Shown here: positions 49,666 to 64,000 of the stretch, piece after piece
How the letters are laid out: every line of letters begins with the position of its first letter
Position numbering within the stretch: the stretch's first letter is position 1
Assembly: GCA_976226885.1 (NCBI GenBank)
Contig: OZ320319.1
Coordinates: 37,696,001 to 37,760,000 of the forward strand
Reading direction: 5' to 3'
Length of the DNA: 64,000 nucleotides
Source of the DNA: Iphione sp. A-MEVVRFRX5
Lineage: Eukaryota
The notes under the pieces: generated by a model
The model's input: only the letters and a program-made list of their open reading frames with translations
Database searches by the model: none
What the model was told of the DNA's origin: nothing
Program-made: the position numbers and the translations under genes

Positions 49666-50339
49666 ATTTCTATATCCTACTTGTCGGTTTCTCTCTGTCC
49701 TACACATATACATGGAAAGCATCCCTCCGGAGGGGTGTAGAAACTCAGACGATTTTCTGGATGGCCAAACAGTGTGTAGAATTCTCCAGATACAAGGAAA
49801 GCCAGCCGTAAAGATGATTGGATATAGCGATTGGAGTATATTACTAGATGTATAATTTTTCCCAGGTAGCGTAAGAAGTAATCTATGATAAGAGTATGAT
49901 TGTAACAAAAACGCATGGGAAGAAAAGCGAAAATAGAAATATACATCTTAATGGATAGGATGCAGGATCTTTTAACCACCCAAAACAGACTTTAAAAAGG
50001 AAAATTAAAGATTGGCTATGCAGAACATAAGTGAAGAGGTGTTGTTCCTTTTACAAGCTCCTTAAACTTATTTTGACAAATTTCTAACTGTAAGCGTAAC
50101 ATGTGCATGTGCTTCTTTTGCTTGTAGTTTAAAGAGCATGCAGGTCATTTTGATAAAAGCAAGTCACCCGCATACAGGTGAAACATATATGCAATTGTCT
50201 TGAGTAGCTTTCTTATTTTCAAACATGTTATATTTCACTCTCTCTTCATTGAACAATCAAGCCTTGCCAAACAGATAAGATAAGAAAATCATTTTATTTG
50301 TCCAGGTTTTCGCCTCGATAAGGTGGTATTCGGTTTTTG

Positions 50340-51120
50340 GACATGTATATTGAAATGAAGAACATATATTCAGTACAAGGATAGCATTGGAGATGAATGG
50401 TAGACACATGTTAATTATCAGTCCTTAATGATTGCAGCAAATTTTGACATAGCTCTGAATGACATGTAGTGGATGTTTCACTCCTCAGCATAGGGTCTAG
50501 AGAGTTCCAGTGTTTGATGCCATCATAATGCTCAGATTTCTTGACTAGTTCAGTTCTGGATTTAGGTAGGAATAGAGTGTGGGCATCATGCTCTCTGGTA
50601 TTGTTCTTATGCTGTATGGGTAGTAGATTCTAAAGGTACATATTGTGTATTGTATTGTTGGCGAACCGTCATACAGTACATGTAGATTAGTGCTAGTGAA
50701 GCCTGATTTCCTTTCATTACATCTTCTAGACTTGGCAGACTTACAGTGAATTATTCATAGTGCCCTAGATCTTGTTATTTCTGAAGTCTATTTAAGTAAA
50801 ACCTTTTCGAGCAGCTAAGCATCATTGTTGAGTAATCAACTTGCAGTATGATAAAGGCTTTATATAGTCACAGCAGATCCACTTGGTTGAAGTTTTCTTT
50901 GAGTTTATACATTTGCCTAATTTTCCTGGATACTGAGTTGATCACTTTGTCAGCTTCCAAGTCGACTTCATGCTTTGTTCAAAGATTATACCCAGATATG
51001 TATAGGGATTCACCTATTTAATAATTTCATTATTTATATTGACATTTGATACTGGATGGTCAATATTAGGGTATATCGGTAGAACCTTTGTTTTAGCAGT
51101 ATTGATGGTTAACTTACATA
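50340..51120 (-). pseudogene. CR1/L2-like LINE 3' fragment (not in the ORF track)
   Basis: Minus-strand translation gives KLTINTAKTK, YTYLGIIFE, DKVINSVSRKI..LYKAFI..DYS and LFLPKSRTELVKKS..YDGIKHWNSL, with stops and frameshifts. Lower boundary approximate. Confidence 0.8.
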
Positions 51121-53612
51121 AAGTGCAACAGTACGTGCATCTAACGTAGAAGCATCTAAAAAGTTAACGTTACGATTCTAAACACTTTGGATAAGAATCT
51201 AAACATCCCTACCTTTAATCTCTTATCATGGATACACATCACACTCCGTCAATAGCGTTGCCCCGTAACAGTCGACAAGTTAGTTGCATCAAGTATTATT
51301 TAACTTTCATTTTAACAACCAAAAGACATGATCCCTGCCAACTACCAATTGCATGTTCTCATAATGATAATTTATCAATGAAGGCATTCCGGGAGTTGTT
51401 TAAAGCTCAACCAGTTGTCCATTTAGAAAGTATTCACATTGCTGAGCCACAAAAGCCCATTTCGCTTGGATAAAAGGGCAAAAAGGAGTGTAATGCGTGG
51501 TGAAGCAAAAAGGACGTTTTACGTTTGATCTGTGTTCTTTTTGAAAATACCGATCTGTAAAGTAGGCCTTACTGAGGACTATTGCATGGAGCCAAAATGT
51601 GGGCCAGCTTTGGGATAACTAAGGCATTAGTTTGCATGCCGAACCGGGTTTTACCACTTTGCCATGCCATAACGGCACAGGGCCGTCAGCTTGATAATTG
51701 CGTGCTCTTCTCGCCGTCCATACACTCGTGCATTGCATCCCTCGAATGGACCCCCTGTTCGCCTGACCTCCTAACGTGCATCATGCTTGCAAGTGGTGGT
51801 TGTCACACGAAGTTCTCGTCAGGGAGATAGTGCCTGGTAGCAGATTGCTGACACCGGACCATGTCCTTATCGGAGTGCACAGTGTACACCCAGGCATTCG
51901 CCGGGCTCTTTGCAGGAGCTCTTTACACCCATCGGCATGGTCAGCACATTGTTCCTGGCAGTTGCTCGGACTAAGTGGTCGCAGAGGCGAAATTCTATCT
52001 GCCTCGGTGATATCAGATGGAATGTCAAAAAAGGAGTATCTTGTTGTGGAAGAGAACATGGCCGGTGCAATAAGAGAAACATGATGCAAAATAGGCACAG
52101 AAAAAAATAACACTTTGTCACCGAAAACAAATTGGCGCCACATCTTCTGTTACACGATACGGAACCGATTACATTTCTGATTGTTTGTTGGGATGAACCA
52201 CCTTTGCCTCGTCCTACACAACAAACATAATGACATAGAATTTGCACCTGTAAACTTTATCGCAAACATTTATAATATATTATTTTGTAAGGAACACTGT
52301 TTAAGATGCTCCATCAATATATCCTTCTCAAATTTCATTTCAATATACTTCGTAACAACCTGCGGCCTTCAATGCAAATCCAGAACAATTTGCTGCTAAT
52401 TCTGACCTCACCGTTGGGTGTCGAGTGTGGGGTGCTGACAGGGTTGCCCAGTAATATTACACCTTAATGGCGTGAGGATAGGCGATAACCTACACCCGGC
52501 TGTCAGTGGACCAGGCAAGGTAGCCTTTGTGGACACAAGGACCCATAATCTTCTCACTATTACAAGCCGCTTGCTACGTGCCGGAACATGACCACCAGAA
52601 AACAAGAGAACCGAGCATCAGTCAGCGATGCCACCGATATGGAGATCATGGAAGTAGGTCAACATTGAATGATGGATAATATGTTAGCGTGGTTAGTGGT
52701 TGTACCTCCCGGTATGTGAGCTTCAAAGGGAGTGCGAACAGACCGGATTTCCTGGCGTGGTACAACGTTAACCCCCGGCGAATATCAAACTATACGGGTG
52801 CTCATCAGTTGCCTTGATTATAACTATGCTTTATTACTGTAATATTGTCTTTAATTTAGAGTGTAATTTTATCGTCTCAGTTCAATTGTTTAGGGTCATA
52901 TTGTGTGTAGAGTCGTTTTTAAGGTAAGCTGGTGACGGTGTCACTTTTGATGTAGTGCTCCTCTATGTAGGTTGACAGCCCATTTATGATTGGAGATGGA
53001 CGGTAGCTAGGGCGACAACTCCTTGTGGCTCAAACGGATGAGACGGGTTCGAATATACAGATGGTCATCGAATTGAATGACACTGTTGATAGAAAAAAAA
53101 CACATTTGGTGGCTCATATATTCCCGTTGAATTCATGAATAAAATTCATGTATGTAAGATGATAACCAGATAATTCTGTCCCCGAAGGAGAGTGGCCCTT
53201 ATGAGGGAGTTACTTTTCTTATCATATTGTATACTTTCAGACTGGAAAATTGTGTTCTAGTTTGAGTTTCTACTGTACTTTGTACAAAATGCTTTCTTTA
53301 GACATATTCCTGGATAAAGTGTAACATCACACAGGAGAGGCTAGGAAGTGTAATAAAAAGAACATACAAATATGAATTGCGTTTTTTGGGCAATGCATTT
53401 CTCTATCCCATTAGTCATAATTAATTGTACACTATCGGGGATTGCACGTCGTAGTAGGACGTACCGTTTGCAATAATATGTACAAGCCAGCAGTGGTGTC
53501 TTTAATTCCCTTTCAGCGAAAATGTTATGTTATCATTTTCGAACTGAAAAATGCAACCCATTTCAAATTTAAAAAATTATACTCTCGGTTATTATCCCCA
53601 GTTTGCCAATAA

Positions 53613-53942
53613 GGCCTAAGAAAATAGCTGTTTCCTGTAATATACTGGAAGAAAACAAGGGTCAGTTGGTCGGCCCTTTTATTTTAATTTCGCCACATAT
53701 TTTCACATGATAATGTTAGTTTCAGTTCTTGTCAAGCCTGGTACTGTCACTATTACTGCTTGGGTTTTAATAAAATGCATATCACATGAATGCTTATGGC
53801 CTAAGAAACACATTGGTGTATTATACAGGTCTCTATTATTATCCATTCCCAAGATATTGACAAAATAAGAAAAGAAAACTTCCTGTGGTACCAATATGGA
53901 GACCCGTCGGGTTACCGAAAACACAGATATTTTTTGTAGGCC
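53613..53942. mobile_element. Tourist/Harbinger-type MITE
   Basis: taa|ggcctaagaaaatagctgtttcctgtaa ... gggttaccgaaaacacagatattttttgtaggcc|taa; perfect TAA TSD. Confidence 0.85.
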
Positions 53943-54049
53943 TAACTGGACACAGATATATCTGTATTTGAGTAGGGAATCTGTGTAGGGTTTCTTTTTA
54001 TACGGGAATACACCAGTCTTTTATGTTAATGTGACACATGGTATGAAAA

Positions 54050-54340
54050 CTGTCACTGAGGAGGTCCTGTCATTGAGGAGGTCCTTAAAAGTTAGCTGTC
54101 TAATGCAGAGAGGGAAGGCGCATCTGGTTATTCTAATTTATAAAATGTTTGAAATGGGACTCATTACAGAAAAACTGTTAAAGAGAAAAGCACATACTAG
54201 TGCTGGGCTATCACAATTTCCGACAAAGCCCAATTCAAGTGTGTACAGCAAAACTTTCTTTTTTAAAGGTATTCATCAGTAAAATAGGTTGCCATCCTCA
54301 ATCAGAAGAATTTCAGGTGCCAAGGTATATGCTGGGGTTT
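54050..54340 (+). pseudogene. CR1/L2-like LINE extreme C-terminal fragment
   Basis: RGKAHLVILIYKM...KPNSSVYSKTFFFKGIHQ*NRLPSSIR; the stop sits where the conserved W of WNxLP is expected. Confidence 0.65.
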
Positions 54341-57300
54341 TTTAATCTGTTCTACTGCCAAGACAAAAATGAGGTAGCTATATTATCATCTAAAATGATT
54401 TACATGTTCGATTAATGCTGAAGTTCATATGAGTATCTGTTCTTTATTTTAAATTGTTTCTTTTCACATCAGTCTGTATTATTAATTATGTTTGTGTCAT
54501 TGGGATTAGGAAACCATGTCTAAAAATCAAGAAGAAATCCTTTTTCAGTCGTCTTTATCCAATTACCTTGGAATATCTTGATGTATCACACGTTGAGAGG
54601 GGCAATAAACATTCATTCAGAGCCATACCACAGCCTAAATCTTAGAATTCAGTAAAGCGTATCAAGTAACAGGATAAAATCCTCTTGCAGAGTAAATTTT
54701 ATCTTATGTGGCGCGACTGGTGCATCTCAATATTACATAGGTATAATTGTTTCACCCAAAATGCAAACACTTTTGTAAAATTTATTTTATACAAATAAAA
54801 TCTCAGTGATAACCCCAACAATTTTGTACAAAGAAGTTTCGGTGATAACCCAAACAGGATAATAGTTGTTTATCTTTTTTCATTTTTACTTATTAAAAAA
54901 TAGATCAAAGACATTAAAAATGGCCAGTGAGCTCTCCGTTCGTGGCTGTAAAACCCTTTTTAAAACGATTTTAATCATTGAAGTTTACATAGCGTGAGAC
55001 AATTTGCGTGAGTCTCTATCCTCGTGGTACATTTCTGAACCATTGAAGAGAGAGGAGACTTATTACCACCTAGAGCTGGACTGCCGATTGCATGCCCGTC
55101 GCCTGCTAAGGCTCATAGAAATCTACTCTTGTCAGCGACAGAATATGCTATATAAAGCCACTTTATCGATATTCCAGCGCATTGCTTGGAGTGTTAAAGA
55201 TCTTTCCACGAATAATGGCATATACTGGTTTCTCTATAATCAAGGAGGTGGCTACGAACTATGTAAAACGAGAGGCAGTTTTATCATCATTAAAGAGAAA
55301 AGGCTATTTAGCTGGTTTGGAGGTGAATTTGATTTAAGTCACAATTAAATCAAAGTACCTCTAAAGCGTCTACTTTGATACATCACGATTAACATCAATA
55401 TATATTATTTAGATCCTATAAAACAGAATGGTAAAACGTCACTTAGGCCGCAGAATCCTCGTAAATATATCGACCCTTGCGACGTGATTATCTACCATAG
55501 CGTACTCAGGTAATTACCCTTTGATATCACGTTTCCACTGGTATGTTTTAGGGAACAGTGCGGAATGTACATCAAATACAAAATTGTCGTATGCACATCA
55601 CAATACACATCAGAGAAGAGGGTATCATTGAACAAAAAAAAACACCACAAAACAACAAGATCGTAATCAACGATTAGTCCATCCCATATTTTCCATCTGG
55701 AATGGGAGGCAAAACACTCCCGAACGATAACTTACAATGTATCTTGAATTTGTCACTATAAAAATGAATCAGGGATATATTCAAGAAAATGATCGCCGTA
55801 CTTTGGGGCAAGGGCATTGGATTGACCAACAAAAGGCATTGCATTTACTTCTCTCTGCATTTACTTATGCGAATATGGCAAGAAAAGGAGGATTTGCTGT
55901 ACCACCACACTTGGTGAGAAGACAACCATCTGTGTGTATCTCGTCATTGACCGGATGCTATGAATGTGCGTGTTTAATAAGGTAATTCTCTCAACTCCCT
56001 TTCATGCATTTCTCCCTTTTCGTGAGTTCTTCAAAAGTCACCTTCAAGCAGATGGTTGTACGCTTCATGGATTTATGGTCGAAAGAAATGTACGACATTG
56101 GGATGACATATACTCACCTAAATGGAATTATACAATCTATTCAAATCAAATCAGAATCTTTATTAAAATTTGCGCAAATATCCAGCTAGGTAGGTTTGTT
56201 GGTTCTATTCATGTTAAACTCGAATAACGTTACACATATAAGCATAAGTATTTTACTTCACTGGGTTTTCCTACCCAGGGAGGCTGCACATGAATAGCGA
56301 TGGGGGTCCGAATTCTCCTCACAGAATCAAAGAGTACTTGTGTCAAAGGCATCAATAATTAGCGAGGCCTTTTAAATCGCATGCAGACAGCGCTTGCGAT
56401 ATTCCGCAGGAGTGCATTTCTGTGCCAGTGCTTGCAGTGGGTTCCTGTCGTTCTGATGAGCTCGCGTGAAGATTCGGCTAGTCTGCCAACTGCACTTTGT
56501 CCCTTATGCCATACGCATATGTGACGTGCGACGACTTCTGCCGAGCGATTACAAGAGGAAGCAACGATAACCGGATCTATGCAGCCTCCCAAAGCCACGT
56601 CTGGAATGGCTGGCGCGGTGCCACTGTGTGTACATGCACTCCAGGCTGCCTCTGCCTGGACCTTGCTGGGACTGCAAGAGTAGTATGCACGTATGTTCTG
56701 TCAACAACTCTTCGGCCTCGACATGAATGCGCAGTACTTTCCATTAGAACTCAAACATTATGACCAATTTGCGACTAATTTACAACCGTTCCCAAATTAA
56801 TGTTCTCCCTACAGTACGAAATGTCATGTTGGTCGACACACTGTAGTATTTTTTTTCTTTTTTTTGATTGACAAGGCCTTTGTGACGAAATGCATGTTTT
56901 TTTATACGCTTTGGTTGAAAGGACGCTGAAAACAACTTCGACTGCATCTATGAAAGGAACTTCGACCCTGCATCTACGTGAGTTATGAAAAGTAGTCATG
57001 AAAAAGAAGACCTCCTTGTATCATGCGTGGATATAAAAGATATTCCTATTGCTATTGCTAATCTTCATAATTGTCTTATCAGGAAGGAAACAAACGATCA
57101 GACTCATCGGAAACAATTGCCGTAAGGCCTCTAGACTGGGGAAAATATTACCTCATTGATTAAGTTCCAGAGAAATATTTGAGCAAATGGCCAGTCTGTT
57201 GACACCTCCGCCTTGGTCTCGTGTTTCATTTTTCTTTTATGACAAACTGCCCTTTACCGACGGAGATGTGTCATCTACAGGGCATACCTATAAATTGGGC

Positions 57301-58109
57301 TTGATTTATCGTTCTTTCATCGTGAAGATAAACACAACCTGTCCGACCCAAGACAATCATGATACATAAAGGGGTTATGATATGCGATGACCTTTTGTAC
57401 TGAGAGTGACTCCTGTCTGTCGCTAACGACAGGTGCACTGAGGTAGTCAGTTTATTAGAGCTGTGCGCTCTTACCCTTTGCATGTGGGCTCACGACATAT
57501 ACGCCCCTGGAGGATGTTCTCTGTAAACACAGGTGGGTCCCGACAGCATACAACCGCGCACATACTGCTGGGAGAAGGCAGTATGCTGGAATTGCGGAGG
57601 AAAACCTGTCGTCGTGCAATATGGCTAAAGGCACCTGGGGTTTGGAAACAGTTATCTGAAGCCATCATGTGCACTGTTTCATCTCCAATGTATGTAAATG
57701 CGTTGACTACCATGTTTTTTTATGTACTGCTTGCAGCGCCTGTCTCGTGTTTTACTCCATGTAAGCCATTTATACATGTGTTTAGATTATTCAGTTATCT
57801 ACATGTATATCTATTAGTATACCATGGTATATGCTTAACAGCAAAGCAATCTAAATGTATTCGTATAACGTGACATTACAGGACCAAATAAATTCTGTAT
57901 TTGTCACGTCTCCAACACTCGCGGGAAATACGACTTAAAAAGATGAAAATACAAGATTATATGATTATTCCTTTAAGCAAGCTCTGTGTCTCCGGTATCA
58001 TGTTGAAAAAATGAAAGTAAAGTCGAAAGGTGTTGTTTCATTTGTCTTTTTTCCAATGTTAATTCAGACAGATAGCAACTGATTATATGGTAATACCACT
58101 TTGAACGCT

Positions 58110-58286
58110 TGGATTTTAATGAAACTGCTATCATATGAAAGCTAGTGACCTAAGGAATACAATGGTGTATTGTATATGTTTTTATTATTCATTCCAGGGA
58201 AACTCACAAAAGAAAATGTTCCACTGGGACTAAAATATGGGTCGGTCAGGTCACTAGAAACACATACGTGTATACTTTGTTAGGCC
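58110..58286. mobile_element. Truncated MITE (right half of the 23746 family)
   Basis: gctagtgacctaaggaatacaatggtgta matches 23900-23930; ends gggtcggtcaggtcactagaaacac...ttaggcc|tta; no left TIR found. Confidence 0.65.
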
Positions 58287-61200
58287 TTACCAGTTGTCAA
58301 AATGGATGGCGCTATAGCATATTCTGAATGCATCAGTAAACATAGTTTCCCATTATTTATCTGCCTCAAATCGTTTGTCCATGGGAGACAAGCCGTCGGC
58401 TTTCGTTTCCTTTCTCCCAAAAGCTCGACAGGTCTATTATCTTTTCTAGAGCTCCACTATTTCCTCTCTGGCTCTGCCACAGTCCGTGCTGGCGGTGGGC
58501 TGAGTGGCCTTATGTGCTCTATCAACATGAGAGATTAGCGGCAGAACACTATTATCAATAACACCGCCCACTGACCTGATCCTTGTCAACATCCCAACGC
58601 CTGATGTACATTCTGGACAGGACGTGTTCATGGCCACCGAATGCATCAACCTCCTCTTCCAGGAGGATCCGTTTACCCCAATTGAGCAACGGGACACCAT
58701 CACAAGATACTTGATATTTTCATGCTAAAACCGTATTGCACTGGATGTATAGTCGCTGGCCCTTCCCAAAAAGACGACGGGCAGTAAACTGAACACTCTC
58801 AACATCATAATTGAAAGCATATTTATTACCTTTAAACCACAGGTGCTGCCCTCGGGACGACTGTGTCGCTTTTGTGAGCGGTATTGTTTTCGGACAATGA
58901 CCAAGGCACTGTAGGATTTCGTGGGTGTAAATTTATACTTGATGACGAAGGCTGAAGGTCATTTGGAAGAGGCTGATCACTGCCGGTAAGGATGTCCTAA
59001 ATATGACCGCTGTGACACTAATTGTCTCCGGTGAACGTGCTTTGCACGTTAAGGGCCCCATTTGCTGGTCTACCGTGTAGGAAAAGCTAACAGTGGTCTG
59101 TGTATGCGTGTGTGTAAAGAGGCAGGGAATTGTGCATGCACGTCGCAGCTTAATAGCATATGCAGGGTGCTCTAGAAAGTAAACACATTTTGCGAGTTGC
59201 TCTACAGTCTGCGGCCAGATGGATTCATCTAATGCCGATTCCAAATGCGTTCAAATGGAAAAGAACTTGGCGACGTTATGAAGAGGCGTCGATAAAAGAT
59301 AATTCCACAAAAATAATATAAGCCAGGTACAGTGTACCTCAAGCATTCTATTTACTTCTGTTGATAAAAGAATAAGCGTGATGACACATAGCCGCCAAGG
59401 GGAAACGGACAGCGTTAACGATCGGGGTGTGCCTTCTCATACTCCAGTAATTCAGGTTATGCATGAAATATAGTGCTTACATTCTGAGGTTAATGAAGAC
59501 CCTTTTTTTTCTCTGATTTGTATTGTTGGTTAATTCAACGTCTCACAGATACAGACAAACGATAATGATCACGTGAACGCCATATTCTTACGGCGTTCGT
59601 GCTGCCGATATAATCTAATTTCCTGGCAACTTTACTTGAAGAGGACGCGAGCCGCAGGCAAACAATACCTGCCAAATGGACAGCGTATGATGACAACGAC
59701 CGTCCGTCCACATCATGCGAAAGGATGAGGGATGAGGTCAAATGGAGTACTTCCACCCAGGTCACCAGAACTCGGCGTTGGCATGCCCCATTGAATGCGA
59801 CAATGGCGACGTCTGGCGTGCTGGGTTTGTTGTCAGTGTGGCGCCCGAAGCGTCGGCTTGTGTTGATTAGGGTGGGTGATGTTACTTTGGAACATGCAGC
59901 ATGTATGATTAGCCGAACAAAACCCTATGCACAGGGTTTCTGTTTTGGCGCTTGAAGTCGACGAACAAACGGCCACGGTAAGTCTGCATGGTGGAAGGGT
60001 AGGGGGGGGGGGTTCTTATTCGGGATGTCTCGAGTTCAGTGGGGAGTCACGGTGGGAAGAGAAGACACGAAAAATGTATTCTGCGCGTGCCAACCGCCCA
60101 ATTATATGGCGGAAGAAAGTTGAAACGCGATTGATCCATACGACTGGCATTTGGGGTAGCGCATTAGGAACGTAATCTTGTTTCAGAGAAATAATGAACA
60201 GTGTAATTAGAGAACGAACGTCTGGCGAATGGAAAAATAAAGATTGAAAGTAACGGTCTGGTAACAAAACTGAGTATCAACGCCGTCTAACAATCACGCA
60301 CACTCAGACTCACGCACATGGCAAATATCTACTTACAGACCATTTTATGGACAAAGTAACGTCAAAGATAATATAGCTAGAGTAAAATTTATAGACCTCA
60401 GAGCGTCGTTTCAAATAGTGATCATTGCCGAAGATGGCATAGTTTCAATTGTTTCTCACGGGTGTGGGATCAACTACTAGCTTAAGAATGGGGCACATTT
60501 GGAACGTGCTGTTTACACACATAAAATTAAATGATGTACGACATATTTCTTTGTATCCCCTTTATGGCTACAATGCAGACGTGGACTGTGCAGACGTTGT
60601 TTTAGGAGGCAGTATATAAATTACGTTGTCTCGTTCGCACGCAACCCTGCCAGAGTAGTAGACCAACCATGATCATGTTTTAGCGCCATGAGCAGTTGTG
60701 TGTATCACATGACCACGACCCTTTGGCCAATGAACGCGAACATCATGTCATCGATAATGTTGTGTTTTCGTGCCAGAATGATTGACAGGCGGCTACTTAC
60801 CATGCTTGATGAGAGCCATAAAGAGTCCCTCCCACCGACAGCGAAAGGATCACGGAAACACTCACATGCGAGTTACATGAGCCTCAACATCTTGCACGAG
60901 AACAGAAAAGGGACCACGACATTATTTCAGCCGAGAATTTTAGACCTACAGGCATGTCTGAATCGTTCTATGTTTTATGATTTCTATCTTCAGAATAATC
61001 CACAAGAAATACTGAATGGATTACGGGTGTTATCTTTCTATGTGTAAACATTATTGCATACTAGCCATGAATGATATATCAAAGTCAGTAGTTGCCCTCG
61101 TATTTTACATATAATAATTTTGATTCTACAACAATTTGCATGGCATCTGCAAGTTGACAATCTACCTATCACTTAAAAAGACAGGCAAGGGAATTTCCTG

Positions 61201-64000
61201 TAAATAGCCATTGTCATAAATGTGCATCTCTGAGGGGGAGTACTTGACGCCTCAATCGATCGCCAGCACACTTTCTTCTCAAAGAAGTTAAAGTTAGAAA
61301 GAAGAAGAGAACAAAAGGCATAGAAATCTTCTTTCAATATCGTCAGGTTTCCTCTCTTGCTCTGAAGAAACCCGATCCAGTGGCACCTCTAATACGGACG
61401 GAACGTGCTTTGATGATCTAAAGGAAAGCGCGCCTATTGTCTATTCCCCAAGTGATATCACTAAAGAAACCGTTATAAGATGAAAGAAATAGTCTTAATT
61501 GAGTTAGTTAGGTGGGTGCTCCTGTGCCGTGAGGGGTTGTTTATCTTCTCGGGACATAACACTTGTTGTGAGAGAAGAACGCATTTAGAGATCTGCCTCG
61601 CGTGATACAGAATCTATAATGTTAGAAACACAGGAGCACAATGCATGTAGATGTGTTAGTGTTTTAAAACACCGGGCTTCCTTACATAATGTAAGATTTT
61701 ATTTGTGAGATCGACACTGCCACATTGTTGGTATGACAGCAGTGTTGCGTTTTCTGATGTCATTCTTTAAGCGCCAAGCGGATGTTCTGTTTACTTTGAG
61801 ATTTATAAGTTATTTGTTCAGTTAGAATCAAAAGCGCGCTCCATATCCTAGATGGCACAGAGCAGTTAATCGAAGATAACAATTTTGTGGAGCTCATACT
61901 TTGATAAAATTGACAGTGCATAGTACCAAAAGCCGTATCTCAGAAAGTAGATTGCCATACATCCATTTCAACCCTGGTGAGACAGGCGAGACACCTCTAG
62001 ATCTGGTGAGAATTGATAGAAATATATGGCCATTTCTCTTCCATTCCTGGTGCCCTCTGCGCTAGTCAATCGGCATTGTGCAAATGGTAATCGCCCCACA
62101 TGGGAGTGCTACGGGTGTGCACGGCGATGTAAGCTTCCATTGACTCTTGAATATAATGTTGCGCGTGTAATCTTTCATAACCGCAGTGATGCAACGTACA
62201 CCGAAGACTGTTGCTCGGCGGGTTTATATGTTGTTTCGCGCAATGTTAATTTAATTTTTATACGAGAAAATGTGGCACTTATTTTTTCCCTCGTATTCCT
62301 TTTTAATGTATTCGCTTTGTTTCAACCACCGCCTTCTTCTTTTTATACAATGACAGTCTCCCGACTACTCTTTGCCGAATGGCTGTAGGCGTTTGTCTGC
62401 ATTTAAGGGAGGAGCAATCGATCCAGGATGTACATCAGCGCCTCAACCGGCCGTCGCTGTGCCTAATCGCTGCATTTCTACCACCCTGTAGGCATGTGCT
62501 TGAGCCTTAATGGTGTCCGATCCGATCTGTAACTAAACATTTCTGCCAGGATGTCTGTAAAGCCCCCCGGGGATATATAAATAAATCAGGCAGTTGATAC
62601 CTCTGATAGCTGACGTATTTTTTCTCTGCCCGCGAACGGCAGTTAGAGGAAAGAGGCACATTGTCTTGCCATTGCTGAAGCAGGCTGAAGCAGGCGTGCA
62701 CACTGTGAGGAACGAAAGGTAGTGGATGCTGGCATCCCTCCTTGTTATATTATTAATGGAAAATCCTCAGAAACCTAATCATGCGCCAACAGTGCGTGCA
62801 CTAGCTCAAGCCTCATGGTAAATGGTCGGACGCGCCTGCACGCAATATAGGCGCAAAGGTTTCCGGAGCGAGAATGGGACATGCTTTCACCGCTACGACT
62901 GCCTGAGGGTCATCATGGTTTCGCCCTCTAAGACGCCAGGTGCGGGACCTCTCCTCCACGGACCTTATCCTAATACAACCGGACTATGGGAGGAAGGCAC
63001 GTGCTGCCCTTATATCAGCCATACACCCGCCGGGAGCCTAAGGTCACGATGCTTGCCGAAGAGGTCCCGTGGGTAGGTTAGGGCGCCGTCACCTCAAGTA
63101 TGACGCCTTCCCAGTGGACAGCATTGCTAGAAGGGAATCGTTCCCGCAGTGTTTCTCCCCACTTTATGACTCTAAGAAGCATAGGTTGTAGAGACTGCTT
63201 TTTTCAAGGTTTAAAAGTTTTAACTTAAGGGGTTTACCGATAGATGTCGGAGAAATAAAAGAATCAATGTGGAGTCTCAAGAATACAGAAATTGAAAAAT
63301 AAGGAAAAGAAAAATAAGGAAAGACAATACAAAATCTTCTCATGATAGAATAGTCCCAATGCCTAGAATAACCATCCTGCTCCGACATAAAGTTCAGACA
63401 GCAATCAAAGTCAATCAAATGTTACACACGAAAGACACTAGGATATGTGTTAAAACACTTATACTTAGCTGATAGGACTACATCATATAAACTGTGGAAT
63501 AATAAACATCCATAGTTATTCATGGAAGCTAGATTTAACCAATTACAACAGGAAAACAGATATATCATGTGAGTTTTTTGAGACACAGTCAATGTGTTGC
63601 ACAACCCAGTCCCAAAATACCAGAAGCTGGAAGTATACAGGGTCGCTCGAGTCTTTTTATCTGAGTGATAGTGATAGAGCCGTTGCTTCTCCTAGGATTT
63701 ACAGAGCAAAGATTGATACAACATGCTCCAGGAACTAGCAATATTAGTTGCAGTGTGATAGAATAATTCAAATATATATTCTCCTTTTCCCGATCATCCT
63801 TATGACTGTTGCAAATATGTATCATCAAGAGTTGTCCCTGTAACTAGATAAAAACATTGGCGATAAACGTGAAAAAAACGTATGATTAATGTGTCTTTGG
63901 AAATTTCTCCTACGGGTGAATGATATTGCCTTTCACTGACTTTTCGTGGCTTCAGGGAGGCACAGATCATGCGTAGACTGGTTTCTTTTGTGGTACCGGT

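Noticed and set aside
55004-55348. 114-aa ORF
   Set aside because: No recognisable motif, a TTG start and no splice support.
56359-57873. Cys-rich ORFs at 56359-56763 and 57463-57873 as exons of a secreted protein
   Set aside because: No consistent acceptor/donor pair in the open frames and no recognisable Cys spacing; kept only as CpG-rich blocks.
60801-60890. Minus-strand segment with a good acceptor and GTAAGT donor as a coding exon
   Set aside because: All three frames contain stops; at most a non-coding exon.
1-64000. CRISPR array, rRNA, intact tRNA, operon-like or viral gene cluster
   Set aside because: No equal-length repeat-spacer array, no conserved rRNA segments, no complete cloverleaf and no dense long ORFs outside the TE nest.

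Overview
Eukaryotic, gene-poor, roughly 40% GC genomic window. The repeat repertoire resembles a marine deuterostome invertebrate such as amphioxus; this is inference and unconfirmed. There are no prokaryotic features, rRNA, intact tRNA or CRISPR. The best-supported content is a three-layer nest of retroelements at about 0.9-6.9 kb. A decayed CR1/L2-like LINE is split by a 3'-truncated Ngaro/DIRS-type element (gag + RT/RNase H, no tyrosine recombinase) with an 8-bp direct repeat. That element is in turn split by a young 5'-truncated I-group LINE with an intact RNase H ORF and a 12-bp TSD. Removing each insert restores the host reading frame exactly. The rest holds about 8 Tourist/Harbinger-type MITEs (TWA TSDs), two more L2/CR1-like fragments, a tRNA-derived SINE-like head, microsatellites and many CpG-rich non-coding blocks. 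There are also unverified splice-signal-bounded exon candidates on both strands, including a signal-peptide exon at 11974-12034 lying among repeated RFX X-box motifs. No host protein could be named, and most ORFs in the supplied track look spurious.
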